Shown: positions 1 to 16,078, counted from the first letter of the stretch. The stretch is 64,000 nucleotides of DNA from Eledone cirrhosa (GCA_964016885.1 OZ024745.1:38688001-38752000), one strand, 5' to 3'. The notes: generated by a model from the sequence alone, not told the origin. Numbers and translations: made by a program.

Positions 1-1105
1 TGGGCTTCTCCGTCTGACTGCAACTCCGCGCCTTTAGTTTTTTTTTCAAACTGGTACTTAGGCGAATACAAACTCGGACACACAAATTAATACAGCTAAA
101 GGCAATAGGCTACATAAATAATACAAATATCATCAACAATTCTGCACCCCAACTTTATATAAACTAAACAAAATCTATATACATTTGGATCTATAAAAGC
201 ACATAGGATAATGCATATAACATATAAACTGAAAATATATTGACATGCAAATATATACGCACAGAGACAATATTGAGACTTTGATAATTATAATCATAAT
301 TCCAAAATTATAATTGTATTATAAAAGTGCGTGTGTACGTATGTGAGTGGGTGTGTTCGTGCGACTGAATGTGTGGGTATACACACATATATACATGTGG
401 CAATGTGCGTCTGGAGCATACGGGTCAGCGCGTGTCATTCCCTAATTTACGATTGTTTACGTTAATGCGTATGCAGTACCGTAGAATTTCGACAGAAAAA
501 TACACAAATAAAATGCCAGGCTTCAAATACCGACATAAACAAATCGGTGATTGAGCATGGCAGTACACTGAAACAAAGGAAAGTGTAACATCTCTCTCTA
601 TATATATATGTGTGTGCGTGTGTGTTTGTGTTTATATAGACACCGAGAAAGAGAGAGAGAGAGATAATGGGAAGATACGGATTGGTAGACTGAGGAAGAA
701 AGAGAAACAGTGAGCGAACATTTAAACTGGCTGATCAGATATTTGTAAACGAAACTGTAGCTATTACACATAACAGAACAAAATAACATGCAAAGAAAAT
801 TAAACAGACATGTTATCTATTGTTTGTTTGATGCCATGTCGTCAGTCCTTCAACATAGTGACATGATATGATGTATCATCATTTCAGTTTATCGTGATGT
901 CACGAAATATCTTCGCGGTTATATGTGTTTTTTAATCTTTTATACTATTCTTGACTTATTCTCCTTTTCACCTAAACATTTGCCTTATCTATTGATCCCA
1001 CTACTTACATATCAGATTTTATAGTTGATGTATTTATCTATTCATCTGTGCGTAGGTGTATGTTTGCATGTCTATATCTCTATATCTCTATATACATACA
1101 CACAC

Positions 1106-1178
<73 letters not shown>

Positions 1179-1491
1179 CGTGTGTGTATGTATACACATG
1201 TGTATATATATATGTGTGTGTGTGTGTATATATCATCATCATCATCTTCGTTTAACGTCCATTTTCCACGCTAGCATGTGTTACACACATATATATATAT
1301 ATAGAGAGAGAGAGATAGATATATGTTTTTGTGTGTGAGTGCGTGTGTGAGTGTGTGTATGAATCTATGTGTGAGCATGTGTGTGTATGCGTGTATGTGT
1401 ATATGCATATATGTATTTATGTGCACATACACAAACTCATATATAAACCCACATAGACCCCAAATCCTCGTGCGCACATACATAGACTCTC

Positions 1492-1529
<38 letters not shown>

Positions 1530-1539
1530 AAGAATCTAT

Positions 1540-2330
1540 AAGAATAAAGCCCTATATAGGTAATCAGATTCTAAATTATGAGATTCATATAAACGAAAGT
1601 AATTGCGGAAACCATAGGTTCCATGGTTTGACAAGATTGTATGACCGCACTGGCTCTTTTTTCTGCCTTTCATCAGGTGTCTATTTATAAAATATCTGAT
1701 CGAGCTTTGCGAAATCATCTTACGTATATTATGTAAAGTCTCACGGGAAAATGGGAGATTACAAGACATTATAATTGGTGATTGATAACACCAGGATGCA
1801 TATTTTCCAGTCTCACTTACTGGAATCGAGCGTATGGAAATGGTATATAAATAGATTGGATGTGCGACGGAAAAAATGGAGATAATATGATGAGTCGGTA
1901 TTGTGTGCGGTAAGCTTGTGTATATGTTCTGTTGTTGAAGAATACCCCAAGGCACCTGTATGTGATACATCGTGAGATACCCGGAACTGAGAAAATTGTA
2001 CTACAATGAAAGAGATTATTGGTATATATGATCATTATTAAAGTGGCTGCTTGACAAAATGTAGAAATAATTATTAAATCAGGATATACTCTTCCACCAG
2101 TGAAGATTGTATGTGTCTGAGCCGTTGTTTCCATTAAGAGAGAAAGTACATTAGCGTAAGTATTCAACTGACTATATTATGCCCTAGATTTGTCTGTATG
2201 CGTTGCTTATACAAATACCACATCTCATAGATTTATTGATGTAGGGCCTGTTTCTTTCTAGAATTCTACGTTTTATCACATGAGAAATTCCACCTTCCCT
2301 CATATCCCAGGTGTATTTGAAATTGGTATG
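1540..2330 (-). mobile_element. Degenerate Penelope-like retroelement, reverse transcriptase remnant
   Basis: Minus-strand frames, joined across frameshifts, give YRQI*G, TYANV, YT(K)PT..HHYL.F and PSHIQSIY.PFPYARF. These resemble the PLE RT motifs YKQxxGxxMG..P.YAN and YxKPT..YL.F.SxHP.H.K.SIP. Heavily decayed, and may extend to ~3700 beyond the SINEs. Confidence 0.5.
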
Positions 2331-2335
2331 TCTGT

Positions 2336-2503
2336 TTAGAGTGTCGGACGCCATGCTTTCCAGCATAGTTACGTCCCTTTACGGTCTGAGTTCAAATCTC
2401 GCTGAGGTTAACTTTGCCTTTCATCCTTACGGGGTCGATAAAATAAAGTACCAGTAATGTACTGGTTCTTTGCTGGCCTTGTACCAAAAGTAGAAACAAT
2501 TAT
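2336..2503 (+). mobile_element. SINE family A (tRNA-derived), 5'-truncated copy
   Basis: Contains B box GAGTTCAAATC and the conserved body CTTTGCCTTTCATCCTTACGGGGTCGATAAAATAAAGTACCAG. Near-identical to about 8 other copies in the window. Confidence 0.85.
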
Positions 2504-2726
2504 TAATTTTATATAAATTGGAATGCTTGTTAATGTATGTGGCTGGTTACAAACTGTGGGTGTGTGTATGTGTGTGTGAGGGGAGTGGGGGGGGGGTTAC
2601 TTCCTATTTGAGAGATCCCAACACACACATATCATTATTTTAGAATTTACAGGCGTTTACTTTTCCACTTTTCATGATGTCTGGGACAATTTCTAGGTTA
2701 TATCTCTTATCATTATTATACAGATT

Positions 2727-2950
2727 TGTAGGACTGTGCGTTTGCAGTATCGGTAGAACGTCGAGCTACATGCGTTTACGGCATATTGGTACTCCCCATT
2801 AAGTTCAGATTTCAAATCCCTCCGCACCTAGTTTTGCCATTCCATCTTCGGGGCTGGATTAAATACATTGCCAGTAACACACAGAGGTAAATTTATCGAT
2901 TTCACCTTATCGTCAATATGCTGGCTTTGTGTCAAAAGTAGAAATAATTA
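2727..2950 (+). mobile_element. Diverged SINE A-related copy
   Basis: Contains TTGCAGTATCGGTAGA, GATTTCAAATCCC, TTTGCCATTCCATCTTCGGGG and the tail GCTGGCTTTGTGTCAAAAGTAGAAATAATTA. Confidence 0.7.
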
Positions 2951-5237
2951 TGTTGCATTGTTGTCTAATTTATGGTGATATGCCCACTTCATATAACCTA
3001 CTTCCACTTTTAACATCCACATCTCTTTACAGCTGCTCGCGATGCTTTGTCAGTTAATATTTTATTTGCTAAACATTTTTAGTGAATTGGAGATACGCGA
3101 GCTATTTGTTTTCTTCAAAGAAATTTGTCGATTATCATGATCACAGATACTTTGCTATCTATAAAGGGCATTCTTTGTCTTGGACTTTTTTAGATTTCGG
3201 CAATTTCATATTACATTTTTTGTTTTATATGTTTTTTTTTCTTTTCTGAAATCTTGTGTGTTTTACTCATGGATTTCTCAACATAAATTTAGATATATTT
3301 CCTCTATTTTCTTTATTTCCATTTAGGTTGCTATTTTACGTCTTCCAGTTGATTTGCTTTGATGTCCTTAGATGAATAGGTTTGAGGAAATACTCAATTT
3401 CCTGTGTTACTACTGTGGCCGATGAATTTATTAGTTGAATTATATTGGTGGTATTATATGCTCATATCTGTCTACGATGGCTCACATTACGTATTTTCTT
3501 TTATTATTGTTAATATTTTATCATTAGTGTTTAAGTTTGGGATGGTCTTTCGTTGTTCAATAGGAAGATCTATCGATTATGATTCTTTAACATTTTCGAC
3601 TTTTCGTCATTGTTATATTCATAATTGCCGACATCAGATTTTTAAACTGTTATACATTTCTCACACTAATTGTCTACATATATTCAAAGAGGTGAAGTAT
3701 AACAACCGTTAGAGTGTCAGATAGAATCGCTGCGAATATTTGCGTTGGCAGTACAAACACCATCGAGGTCAACTTCAATTTTTGTCATTTTGTGGTTGAT
3801 AATTACACTCACACAAAGAAGATATATACACAATTTCATATCCTATATCGATTATATAATCCTGTTATATGTAATTAAAAGACTACCCTTCCTTTTTGGG
3901 ATGGTCAGTAGACTAAGGTGTCAAATTACCAAGTGGGTTTGTCGCTCTGGTTTACCAAGTTTAAATAATTAGTCTGAATAATTTTCTTACTTATTATTTA
4001 TTCATATTAGCTGTAGGCGCCCTATTCATATTCTATGGAGTTTGCCAAGTTTGTCAGTGGTGTGTGTTGCCGTGAGTGTGCGTGTATTGTGTGAAACGTA
4101 CATTCATGTATACGCGTACACGCACGCATACACAAACATATCACCCAACACAGCACGGTTGAGTAGTCATAGATGCACGGGTATACACCACAAGCACATA
4201 TACACACCATGGAATATATAGATATATAAAAGCAATAATCCGGACGTTTATATTAAGTAATGTTGTGGAGGTTTGTATAGCCCATGCAGGTAGGTTGTGC
4301 ACTCTGCCTTTATATTGCATGTTACGCAACCTGCGACCCTGAAACCGACCACATAGAGAGTGTATAATTTCTGGTGTCAAATGATTCAATCGACTAACGA
4401 ATGGATATGTAGCAAGTATCATTATTATGAAAGGGATAGTATAACTGTCTAATATATGTTGAAGGGCTGGGAAGTTGTAAGAAAAGTGAGGTAAGAATAA
4501 CTACATATTGACGCAACGTAGTGTTACTTTGTTAAGGGATTATGCTCAAGAGTGGGATGGATATTTTTTTGTCTAAGCAATATGCCAAGTATATAATCTA
4601 AGGTTTATATAGGTTATGGATACAAGTATTTAATAGGTCAGGACGTTTGTTAATTACTTGAGCTCTGCTTTTTAAAATATATAGAGTTTCAGTGGGGCAA
4701 AGATCGCAACCGCCCGAAGAAGATTCGCTCACAAATGGTAACGCAGGACCGAGCGTGTAAAACGATAGAGAACATTGTACACGGTCCTGCCCCAGACTCC
4801 ATCTAAGCGCAGATAGTGCCGTTCTCTGTCTCTCGTCGATCCGGTTAGCGGAGTAGCACTGGTTGTACCATCTAAACTGTTTTTTATTAAACCAATGAAG
4901 TTATACATTGCATCCCTAGTGGTAAGTCTACATTCGTATAATATATTTCTATGGAAGCATTTATTCTGCATAGAAGAGTGGGCTGGAATCTTACAGTTAT
5001 AATTAATGTTATTATTGCGTGTTGTGCTATGATTATATCTATCTGCATTGTCGATTATATGTTGCTAGTTACTGGAGTTGTGTATATATACTGTGTGTTA
5101 TCATGTCCTTAATATGTTTCAAGTAAGGTTTTAGGCTCTGTGCTGTAGTATCTGTGTTTATGCTATGTTTGATCTTGAAAACATTTTTTTTTATTAATCC
5201 TGGCTATATTTTGGGCTAGGTTTTTAGTGGAGTAGAG

Positions 5238-8200
5238 CAGTGGTTGCCAACATGGGTTCCGCGGAACCTTGGGGTTCCGTAAAACAAAATCCGGATTCCT
5301 TAAAAAAATAAATATTTACATTACCATTAATATTTTGGGTTTTCTGAAAAAGGTGCAAAGAAAATGCCAAAGGTGCAATGTATAAATGAACAAGTACTAT
5401 TGTAGTGTACACAGGTTCTCCACTCCAATTCGTGGAAAACACTACTTTCAGTTTCTCATTTGAATTAGCAGAAAAATACTGTTCTGAGATTCGTGGAAAT
5501 TGAATACTTTCAATTTCACATCAATTCTTGGAAAGACATAGTTTTCTGAATTCCGAGAATTTGAATACTACTGATAATACACTAATTGAACTTAAAAAAT
5601 TGACCAATCACGAACAAGTAAATGTTGGTCGATGACAGCATAACTTTAAACTGAAAACTTCAGTTCAGCGAGGTCTCTCAGCCAAGAGACAGAGTCAGTT
5701 CGCTGTTCTCACAACGTAAGTTCAGTAGAATGTTTTCAATAGAGAACACGTTTTAATCTGCTGCCCTCACAAAAGCTTTAAAGTCGTCTAAAGTTTCCTC
5801 ACTGAGTGAACTCGCTTACTAGTCGTTTTCAACATGCATCCAGTTCCACAGACAATTCTAAATAAGAACACGTTACATTCTGTTGTACTTAGCACAGAAA
5901 ATATAACGCCTGTAAAGTTTCGACTACTAACAAAGGTAATTTTGTATTCCATGCATACACTATAAACTTTGCCACACAATTATGTATTCATTTGATGACA
6001 TCTGCATTCTCAATTGAGAAATTACTTTATACAATAAATATATATGTCCACAAACATTTGACTAAACTTTATTTGTTCCAATCTAATATATGTTTAACGC
6101 AGCCTAAAGCCTTCTTATATTATATCTAACTTTGAGTCAACATAGATAGAAGATCTCTGAATTAATTTCCAATACCATCTACACTATCAGCTGATTTGCA
6201 TTTTTTTCACCTTTTAGTATGGCGGATATTTAAATATATTTACATTACCAATAATATTTAATACGACCCTAAAGTAGTATATGCAGGAAGTGCTGGACTC
6301 TGAAACAAATTTCTTCTAGTTGTTCATAAATTTGGACCTTTTTCAGTAACCCCTAATATTTTAATATTATTATAAGACTTTAAATAATATGTTTGCCATC
6401 CTAAAATGGAGAAATTTCAATTTTTAAAAATTATAATTTTTTTTAACTAGTTAAGTTTTTCCAAATATCTAAAATTAAAGTTAATTTAAGTACTTTTTGT
6501 AATTAAAAAAACTGTTAATTTCTCTTGTTTATTAATGTCATATTAAAAATGTTAACTGTAGATAAATAACATTGATCTGATGTCTACTGCAAAGAAGCTG
6601 AAGTTAGATACCAGCAGTAAGGTTAGTCAGTGGTGTGATGATTATGTTAGATATGGATTTCAAAAAGCTGACACTAAAAAAGATACACCAGATCAGCCCA
6701 TGTGTTTGCTATGTTCAAAAGTTCTATCAAATAGCTGTTTAAATCCTGCAAAACTTAAAAGACACATTGATACTAATTACACCAATGATAAAAACAAGTC
6801 ACTGGAATACTTTACTTCGCTGAAAAACAACATAAAAAAATCACAAGCTAATATGTATGACTTCTTTTGTAAAAAGTCAGATAGAACTAAAGCTTTAACA
6901 TGAACATCTTTTGAGATTTCACATTTGATTGGTAAAAACAAGAAACCATTTACATTTAATTCTGCCAAGTATAAAAATTGCTACAGAGAATCTTTCTGAA
7001 AGCTGCAGTATTAAGGACAAAGAAAAATTAAGCCAGTTACCATTGTCAGCAAATACCGTAAAAAGAGCGATAATTAATATTTCTTCTGATATAGAAAATC
7101 ACATCCTAACTGCACTAAAGAAAATCCCACGTTTTGGACTGCAAGTGGACGAAACTACGGATTTTAATAACAAGGCTCAATTAATTTGCAATGTACGGTT
7201 TGTAGACCTTGATAAACAAGAATTAGTAGAAGAGTATTTGTTTTGTCTGGCATTAGACATCACAACTAAAGGTCAAGATATATTCAATAAAATTGAAGAG
7301 TATTTTTTTTTTAAATAGAGCAAGTTGATTTCAATAACAACAGATGGAGCAGCTGCAATGACTGGTAAAAATTCTGGTTTGATTGCGAAAATTAAAGAAC
7401 AGACCCCAAATTGTATTTCAAATCATTGTATGATTCATCGAGAGGTTTTATGTTAAAAAAAATTCAAAGACAGAGATGCTCAAATATTAAATGACCAGCT
7501 GAAAGACATTGTCAAAATTATCAATTTGATCCATGCATGAGCAAAAAATTCTAGAATGTTTGAATCTATTTGTGAATCTTCTGGAAGTAATTATAATAGA
7601 TTGTTATTGAACAGTGATGTGCGTTGACTGTCTTTTGGGGATGCTATGAAGAGAGTTTTTGAACTGAGAGAAGAAATAATAGTTTTTCTAAAAAAACAGA
7701 ATGATGAAAGAGCAAGTGTATTAGAAATCAATGAATGGAATGTGCAACTCGCTTATTTAGTAGACATTTTTGGTGAACTGAACAAACTAAATAAGTTTCT
7801 TCAGGGTAACAATGCAGATATTTTTACTTCAATCAATTTTATTACATATTTTCAATCAAAATTAAACATCTTTATACAAAGAATTGAATCGGACAATTAC
7901 TTTCAAACCTTGAAATAGAGTTTAAAAAGAGAGAAAATTTTGACTCCAGCAATCTAAAGAAGATTATTCTTTCTCATTTAAATGTACTTTCCACAGGTTT
8001 TTCAGATTATTTTGACTTGATGGAAAAAGATATTGTTAGCGGAAATTTATGGATAAAAAACCCGTTCACCGAGATCGAGCAGTTAGTGTCAGAAAAATGA
8101 CGCTGGAAATTGTAAAAATTTACTACCTGCCCAATGCTTACATCAGTTGATGGATTTGAATTCAAACGAAGACCTGAAAGAGATATTCGAAAGCAGAAAG

Positions 8201-8592
8201 AAAGAACTATGGATCGACTTATTCTTGACAGAGTAGTTTAATGAAATCAGCCAACTTGCATTGAAGTATTTGACTTTATTCCCATCTAGCTATTTGTGCG
8301 AAAAATGGTTTTCGCAGTTGGTGGAAATCTGCACAAAGAAAATGAATAAACTGTCAGCAATTGACGAGTGTATGAGACTGGCATTAACTAGTGTTTAACC
8401 TCGATTTTCTAAACTCACTGATGAGGGGCAGCAGCAGAAAAGCCATTGTGTTCGATTACATACACACGCATGAAACACTAAAATAAATAAATACTTTATT
8501 ATTTTTTTGAAAAGTTTTGTATGGTATAGGTTCCGTGAAGAATTCAAAATATTTAGAGGGTTCCTCGGTTTTAGAAAGGTTGGCGACCACTG
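5238..8592 (+). mobile_element. hAT DNA transposon (Buster/Charlie-type), full length, 3355 bp
   Basis: TIRs are CAGTGGTTGCCAAC (5238) and GTTGGCGACCACTG (ends 8592). The perfect 8-bp TSD GAGTAGAG at 5230-5237 and 8593-8600 has a central TA, typical of Buster-type hATs. Confidence 0.95.
6580..8470 (+). pseudogene. hAT transposase pseudogene (ZBED5/SCAND3/FAM200-like family)
   Basis: Contains a BED finger (YVRYGF..PMCLLCSKVLSN..PAKLKRH), LQVDETTD, TTDGAAAM, HCMIHRE, R*LS (RWLS), LAYLVDIF and SYLCEKWFS. Multiple stops and frameshifts. Confidence 0.92.
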
Positions 8593-10354
8593 GAGTAGAG
8601 TATTGTAGCTTAATTGTGTCTCTATTGAATACGTTATATCTATGTGATTTAGGAAAACATTTATCTATCGCATTGAAGAAAAGTTGAGCAATGGTAGTTT
8701 TAAACTCTGGGAAATTGGATGAGTTATGCCATAGGATAGGTCTGGATTGGGTCTGTTCCGTTGTCGCTTAGTTTCATTGGGCCTTATATAATGTCTGTGT
8801 GGTGGTGGGGGATGGGGCAGCGGTACTAGATTTGTGTTGTAGCAAGTTAGATATAATGGATTGGGCCCACTGGGTAATTATATCCGGCCTTTTAAACGAA
8901 TAAATCAATAAAATTTACAAATATATACACTTCACTTCTTAATTAATCGGAAAACACAAATGACCAGCTAGCAATTGTCGCTCTGTTTACTGCTATCTGC
9001 CAGCTGATCTATATGACCTAAGCTAAAACGTGCAAGCATATTAGTGCCACTGACTATGATTGCGCTCCCATTACTCCCAACGTATCCATGCCAGTTGCTA
9101 CAAATTATCTAAATATATGGGCATTAATAAATATTGTTTAATTATTACGTAATTATGTCTTGGGCGCAGAGCTAAACTATATTAAAAGATATATGTATAT
9201 ATTTAAAACAATGGACTGTAAAATTACTCTTTTTAAAGGAAATATTATAATGAATTTACTACTGATTAACAACGAGACTATATCAAATCAAACAGGATAA
9301 CATTTATGACATAGATCATTAGATCATATAATCATTTCTTTTGATATATAAAATCTGCTACGAATGAGTAAATATGATTGTCCCTCTCTTGAGAAGTAAA
9401 CTAAGTTAAACGATTAGTATATTTTTTTTCTATTCAGCAGAGTCATTAAATTTATATTATATTATTTTATTACATTAAAGTAGATTTAGATATTATTAAT
9501 ACTAATTTCTCATCACCACCAAATATATTTCGGCCCAAGCTAATCTTTAATAATATTTCAGTGTAGAAAGGTAGCGGGGGTTTTGCATAAGTGGGTGCTT
9601 TCTGCTTTTCATAAAACATCTCCCCGTGATTGTCATTTGAATTGGAATTTTCCAGGTGAAAAATCAATCATTTACGACTTAAAAGGGTCCATCAAATGCG
9701 ATAATTCTCAAAGGCTGTGTAACATTTGTTTCGCTGAGTAAATGACGAATTGAGATAGTAGAAATATATGTATTCAATTGTTGAGTAATTAAATAGCTTA
9801 GATGACAAATACGTTAATGAATAATGGCAAATGGAGGGTAACAGTCGTGTTTAAACTGAAATATAATTAAGCGTCAGAAACAACACACATTACAAGATTA
9901 GCTATCGAATTCCAATAGCCAGTTAAAAAAAACAACGTGAATATTTAATCACCAGATGCCAGTAAATGTGATTGACCTCAAAATTATGCTATCTAAATTT
10001 CAACAGCAACGATGATATATTACCAGAAGGAATGTTTTGTATTCCCTCTCATGACAAAATCCACTTAGTGTAATTAACAGTAATGGATCGATATTTAAAG
10101 GCAATCAGACATGCAAAATTGCAAATAATTGGAAATGAACGTCAATTGCTGCAGGGCATCGATGGATGAACTAGTTCCTAAAGTGACAATAAAATGTCTA
10201 AAATCCCAATTTTTCACCTACAGTGTTCGGTAGTATTATTAGGCACAATCAATATGAATTGTGGATATTAAGGCGCATCTACTATATTATTAGACAGATC
10301 TTATTGATAGAAAATGTTAATCACCCTCTATCTCACTTTCTGTTACGTCTTCAT

Positions 10355-10600
10355 TGGATTAGCAGTATCGGTAGAGTGTCGGACGCCATGCTTTCCAGCA
10401 TAGTTACGTCCCTTTACGATCTGAGTTCAAATCCCGCCGATGTTGACTTTGCCTTTCCTCCTTACGGGGTCGATACAATAAAGTACCAATAATGTACTCG
10501 GTGATTGCTGGCCTTGTGCCTAAAGTAGAAACAATTATATATATAAAGTACCAGTAATGCACTGGTTATTTGCTGGCCTTGTGCCAAAAGAGGAAACAAT
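10355..10600 (+). mobile_element. SINE family A with a duplicated 3' tail
   Basis: Full head (GGATTAGCAGTATCGGTAGAG..GAGTTCAAATCCCGCC). The tail AAAGTACCAGTAATG..GGCCTTGTGCC..GAAACAAT occurs twice (10480-10536, 10545-10600). Confidence 0.85.
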
Positions 10601-10675
10601 TGTACCAGTTTAACCTAGTAACATATTCCTGATTTGCTGTCGAAACAGGGAGAACTGAACTGTCGGGATTCGACC

Positions 10676-10741
<66 letters not shown>

Positions 10742-10742
<1 letters not shown>

Positions 10743-10960
10743 TCCTAACGATCGACTTTCGTCAAATCGGACCGAGGAAACAGTGTTTCCATCGGTCTTT
10801 CCAATTGATAATACTATCTATCGGTCGCAACTCCAGGTAGAAGGAGCAATATGAAATAAAGTGTCTTGCTCAAGGACATAACGCATCGCCCGGTCCAGGA
10901 ATCGAACTCACAACCTCACGATTGCGAATCCAGTTTTCTAACCCCTCAGCAACACGCCAC
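10742..10960 (-). mobile_element. SINE family B (tRNA head + CORE-like box)
   Basis: Reverse complement of the 11305 copy, with tRNA-like A/B boxes and GTCCTTGAGCAAGACACTT. Confidence 0.8.
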
Positions 10961-10991
10961 ATATATATATATATATACACATATATACACA

Positions 10992-11565
<574 letters not shown>

Positions 11566-11662
11566 GGTCGAATCCCGACAGTTCAGTTCTCCCAGTTTCG
11601 ACAGCAAATCGGGAATATGTTACTAGGTTAAACTGGTACAATCCTGACCTATATCTGGCCTA

Positions 11663-11715
<53 letters not shown>

Positions 11716-11717
11716 CT

Positions 11718-11775
<58 letters not shown>

Positions 11776-12114
11776 CGCCAGTGTAACTGGACATTTGGAA
11801 AGTCTGCTTCGTAGAATCGAGACATATCTGAGGATCATCCGATTTTAGAGTCAGATTTGATCATTGCATCGATCATGCCTCGACCTGGTTGGCAGAGAAA
11901 CGATTGTAATATCTCCTTATAATATATAACCAGCAATTACTATGTCTGTCTGTCCGGCAGTGGAAACACGTGCGCGCGTGCGAATGTTTTTTGCGCACGC
12001 GTAGAGAGAGAGTGAGAGTGAAAGAAAGAGACAGACTACAAGAGGTGGATAGCGGAAGGGAGAGAGGGGGTGAATTGAGGAGTGCTACATAAACATATAT
12101 ACATTTCAGTGTGT

Positions 12115-12341
12115 GTTTAATATATATATATATACACACACAGAAATATATATATATACACAGAGAAATATATATACATTTCTATGTGTGTAATATGTAT
12201 ATATATACACACAGAAATATATATACATTTCTGTGTGTGTAATATATATATATATATACACACACATAAATATATATACATGTCTGTGTGTGTAATATAT
12301 ATATATACACACACAGAAATATATATACATTTCTGTGTGTG

Positions 12342-12388
<47 letters not shown>

Positions 12389-12392
12389 TAAA
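12115..12392. repeat. Minisatellite of ~52-56 bp self-complementary units
   Basis: About 5 copies of AATATATATATACACACACAGAAATATATATACATTTCTGTGTGTGT. Each unit is a hairpin (ACACACAGAAAT..ATTTCTGTGTGT). Confidence 0.75.
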
Positions 12393-12865
12393 TATATGGG
12401 CATTTCTCTCTTTGTCTGTCTGTCTGTCTGTCTGTCCCTAAAACTCAAATGTAGGTGCTACAGAAATATTACCTTCCCCTTCCTTTCTCTACTTTGGTAG
12501 TACCAAGAGAAACACTGTCGCTATAGAAACATTACCTTCCCCTCTCCACTGACGTTGGTCACTGAGGCCGAAGAAATCGCTGGTTGCTATAGAGACACCT
12601 TGCACGAGCCAGAAGTAAGCAGTTCGAGGCGGTTCTGACCTGACACCATGCCAAGGACCATTTGAAGAAGGCTGCCATTGAATTTGTGGTTGTTGCTGCT
12701 GATAATAAGGACCATTTGAAGAAGGTGGCTGCTGATGAGGTAATTTATTAATCAGATTGCGGAGTTCCATAACCTCAGTCTGGAGCTGCGGGATTTGATT
12801 AATACGTTTGATTTGTTCAATTTCTCATCCAAATCTCAACAATATCAGTTTATACACAAGATTTG

Positions 12866-13840
12866 CTAGCAGAAAACCGCCCACCGGGTGGTGTTCTGCT
12901 AGTCTATATATATAAAACTGAGGATGTCTGTCTGCGTGTGTGTGTGTGTGTGTGTGTGTGAGTTTGAATCTCTAAAACTCGAGAAGCACCCAACCGTCTG
13001 TTTTCAATATTTACATATGTAATACGTATGTTTCAGGGAGTGTTCTGAGCAAAAATAATTTCTAATTTTCAATGCCTGGGGACCGCATAAGGCGATTAAG
13101 AATCTCTCTCTATAATTCTTAGTCTTTCTCTTTTTAGATAGATACATACATATAACGTCTTGCCTTTATAATATCTGTTTGTATGTCTTCTGTCTGCATG
13201 TGTGTGTGTCTGTTAGTTTGAATCCCTAAAACTCGAGAAGTACCCAACTGACCTTTTTCATACTTTACATGTGTATTACTTATATTTCAGAGATTTTTAT
13301 GCCCATAAAATTCAACTTTTTGTATCCGCTAGGACCGGTAGTAGGTGAAAAGCTGCGTTTTTTAAGGTCATTAGCGTTTTCTGGAGGCGTTACGTCATAC
13401 GATTTCCTTGAAATTGTAACTATGTATTAGCCAGTCTCTTCTTGATACCACGAGCAAAGAAAAAAAAACAACTTTTGTTATGGCCTAGGGGCCGCATTAT
13501 GTGAAGAACTTCATCTTTTCAGCTTTTTAGGTCTTTTTGAGGCGTTACGCCTAGCCAATTTTCCCGACGTTTCAAGGCATAGTATGCACATGAAAAAATT
13601 CGTTTTCTTGATCCCCTATGGCCCGCATTAGGTGAAAACCTGCATTTTTCTTGTTTCGTCGAGGAAAATCTTAAAGATTATCCTGCCATCAGAGTATTCG
13701 GTTTATTTTCTTTATATATTGTCCAGGCATGCAGTTTTTCCACGATTAGGTCTGTTGGCGGACCGCGTTCCAAAATATCTTATCTCTGCTATTTTGTAAT
13801 CAATCTCATTAGTTACACCACTGATTCTCCGTTTCTTATA

Positions 13841-13850
<10 letters not shown>
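12866..13850 (+). mobile_element. Tandem Helitron junction: a 3' end followed directly by a new 5' end
   Basis: Hairpin ACCGCCCACCGGGTGGT then CTAG ending at 12902, directly followed by TCTATATATATAAAACTGAGGATGTCTGTCTG (typical Helitron 5' start). The head is partly repeated at ~13180-13260. The right boundary is approximate. Confidence 0.6.
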
Positions 13851-13907
<57 letters not shown>

Positions 13908-14048
13908 GTAATAAACAACAGAACGCGATTATTTCATTTACCAGTGGTTTCTTAAAAGCAAAAAATATGTACCGTTCAATCATCAGAATGAAAAAATCCT
14001 GGTGTATTTATTGGCGTGGGATTTTAAAAACATATATTCACATATATT

Positions 14049-14122
<74 letters not shown>

Positions 14123-14204
14123 TATATATACATATATATAATTGCATATATGTATATATACAATATATATAATATATTTGATATGATAAATATATAATAT
14201 ATAT

Positions 14205-15574
<1,370 letters not shown>

Positions 15575-15971
15575 GGGCGTTTATGATTGTGTAAAGAAGA
15601 ATATATTAATAAAAGGAATTCCAACTTTGTCTGATTTACTCATTTTATTTTGCAATTTTCGAAAATTACAAACTTGACAATCACCAATATATCTGATGTA
15701 TTCCTTCGTTGTATTTTGAAATGGTCATAGTAAAATAAACCTTTCAAGGATTTACACCAGAACATGCCTCCTGTTATTTTGTAATAATTAGCTCCGTACT
15801 CGCACCACCATCTATACAAACGATAACGGGTGGTTGAATTACGTTGAGTGCTTTCCATAACATTATATCGTGGCTCACCACACATAATGACCAGTTCTAC
15901 CCAGTGGTGAACAAACAAACCCAAATAAATAAATATCTATCTATCTATCTCTCTCTCTCACTCTCTCTATG

Positions 15972-16078
<107 letters not shown>

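Larger units (their letters stand above)
4400..8900 (-). mobile_element. Penelope-like element 3' part (linker + GIY-YIG endonuclease), split by the hAT insertion
   Basis: Minus strand 8900-8600 reads ILWHNSSNFPEFKTTIAQLFFNAIDKCFPKSHRYNVFNRDTIKLQYS. After the hAT it continues TTKNLAQNIARINKK, then YNCKIP..MQNKCFHRNILYECRLTT..YNFIG..RWYNQ..TALS..CDLCPTETLYIL..INKRPDLLNTCIH. This matches the PLE WFNPP..FP....IFNRNT.K.SYS linker and GIY-YIG domain. Confidence 0.85.

Noticed and set aside
685-715. CTGAGGA..GAAAC hammerhead candidate
   Set aside because: No pairing for stem I or stem II; purine-rich chance match.
4005-4062. Possible decayed HHR at the 3' end of the minus-strand PLE (CTGACAA..GAATAGGGCGCCTA)
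   Set aside because: The position is suggestive, but both core strands are altered and stem II does not pair.
8416-8445. CTGATGA..GAAA inside the hAT; similar lone CTGATGA at 12732, 23574 and 40484
   Set aside because: No supporting helices.
6580-8470. Domesticated ZBED5/SCAND3/FAM200-like host gene
   Set aside because: It has TIRs, a TSD and many stops and frameshifts, so it is a dead transposon.
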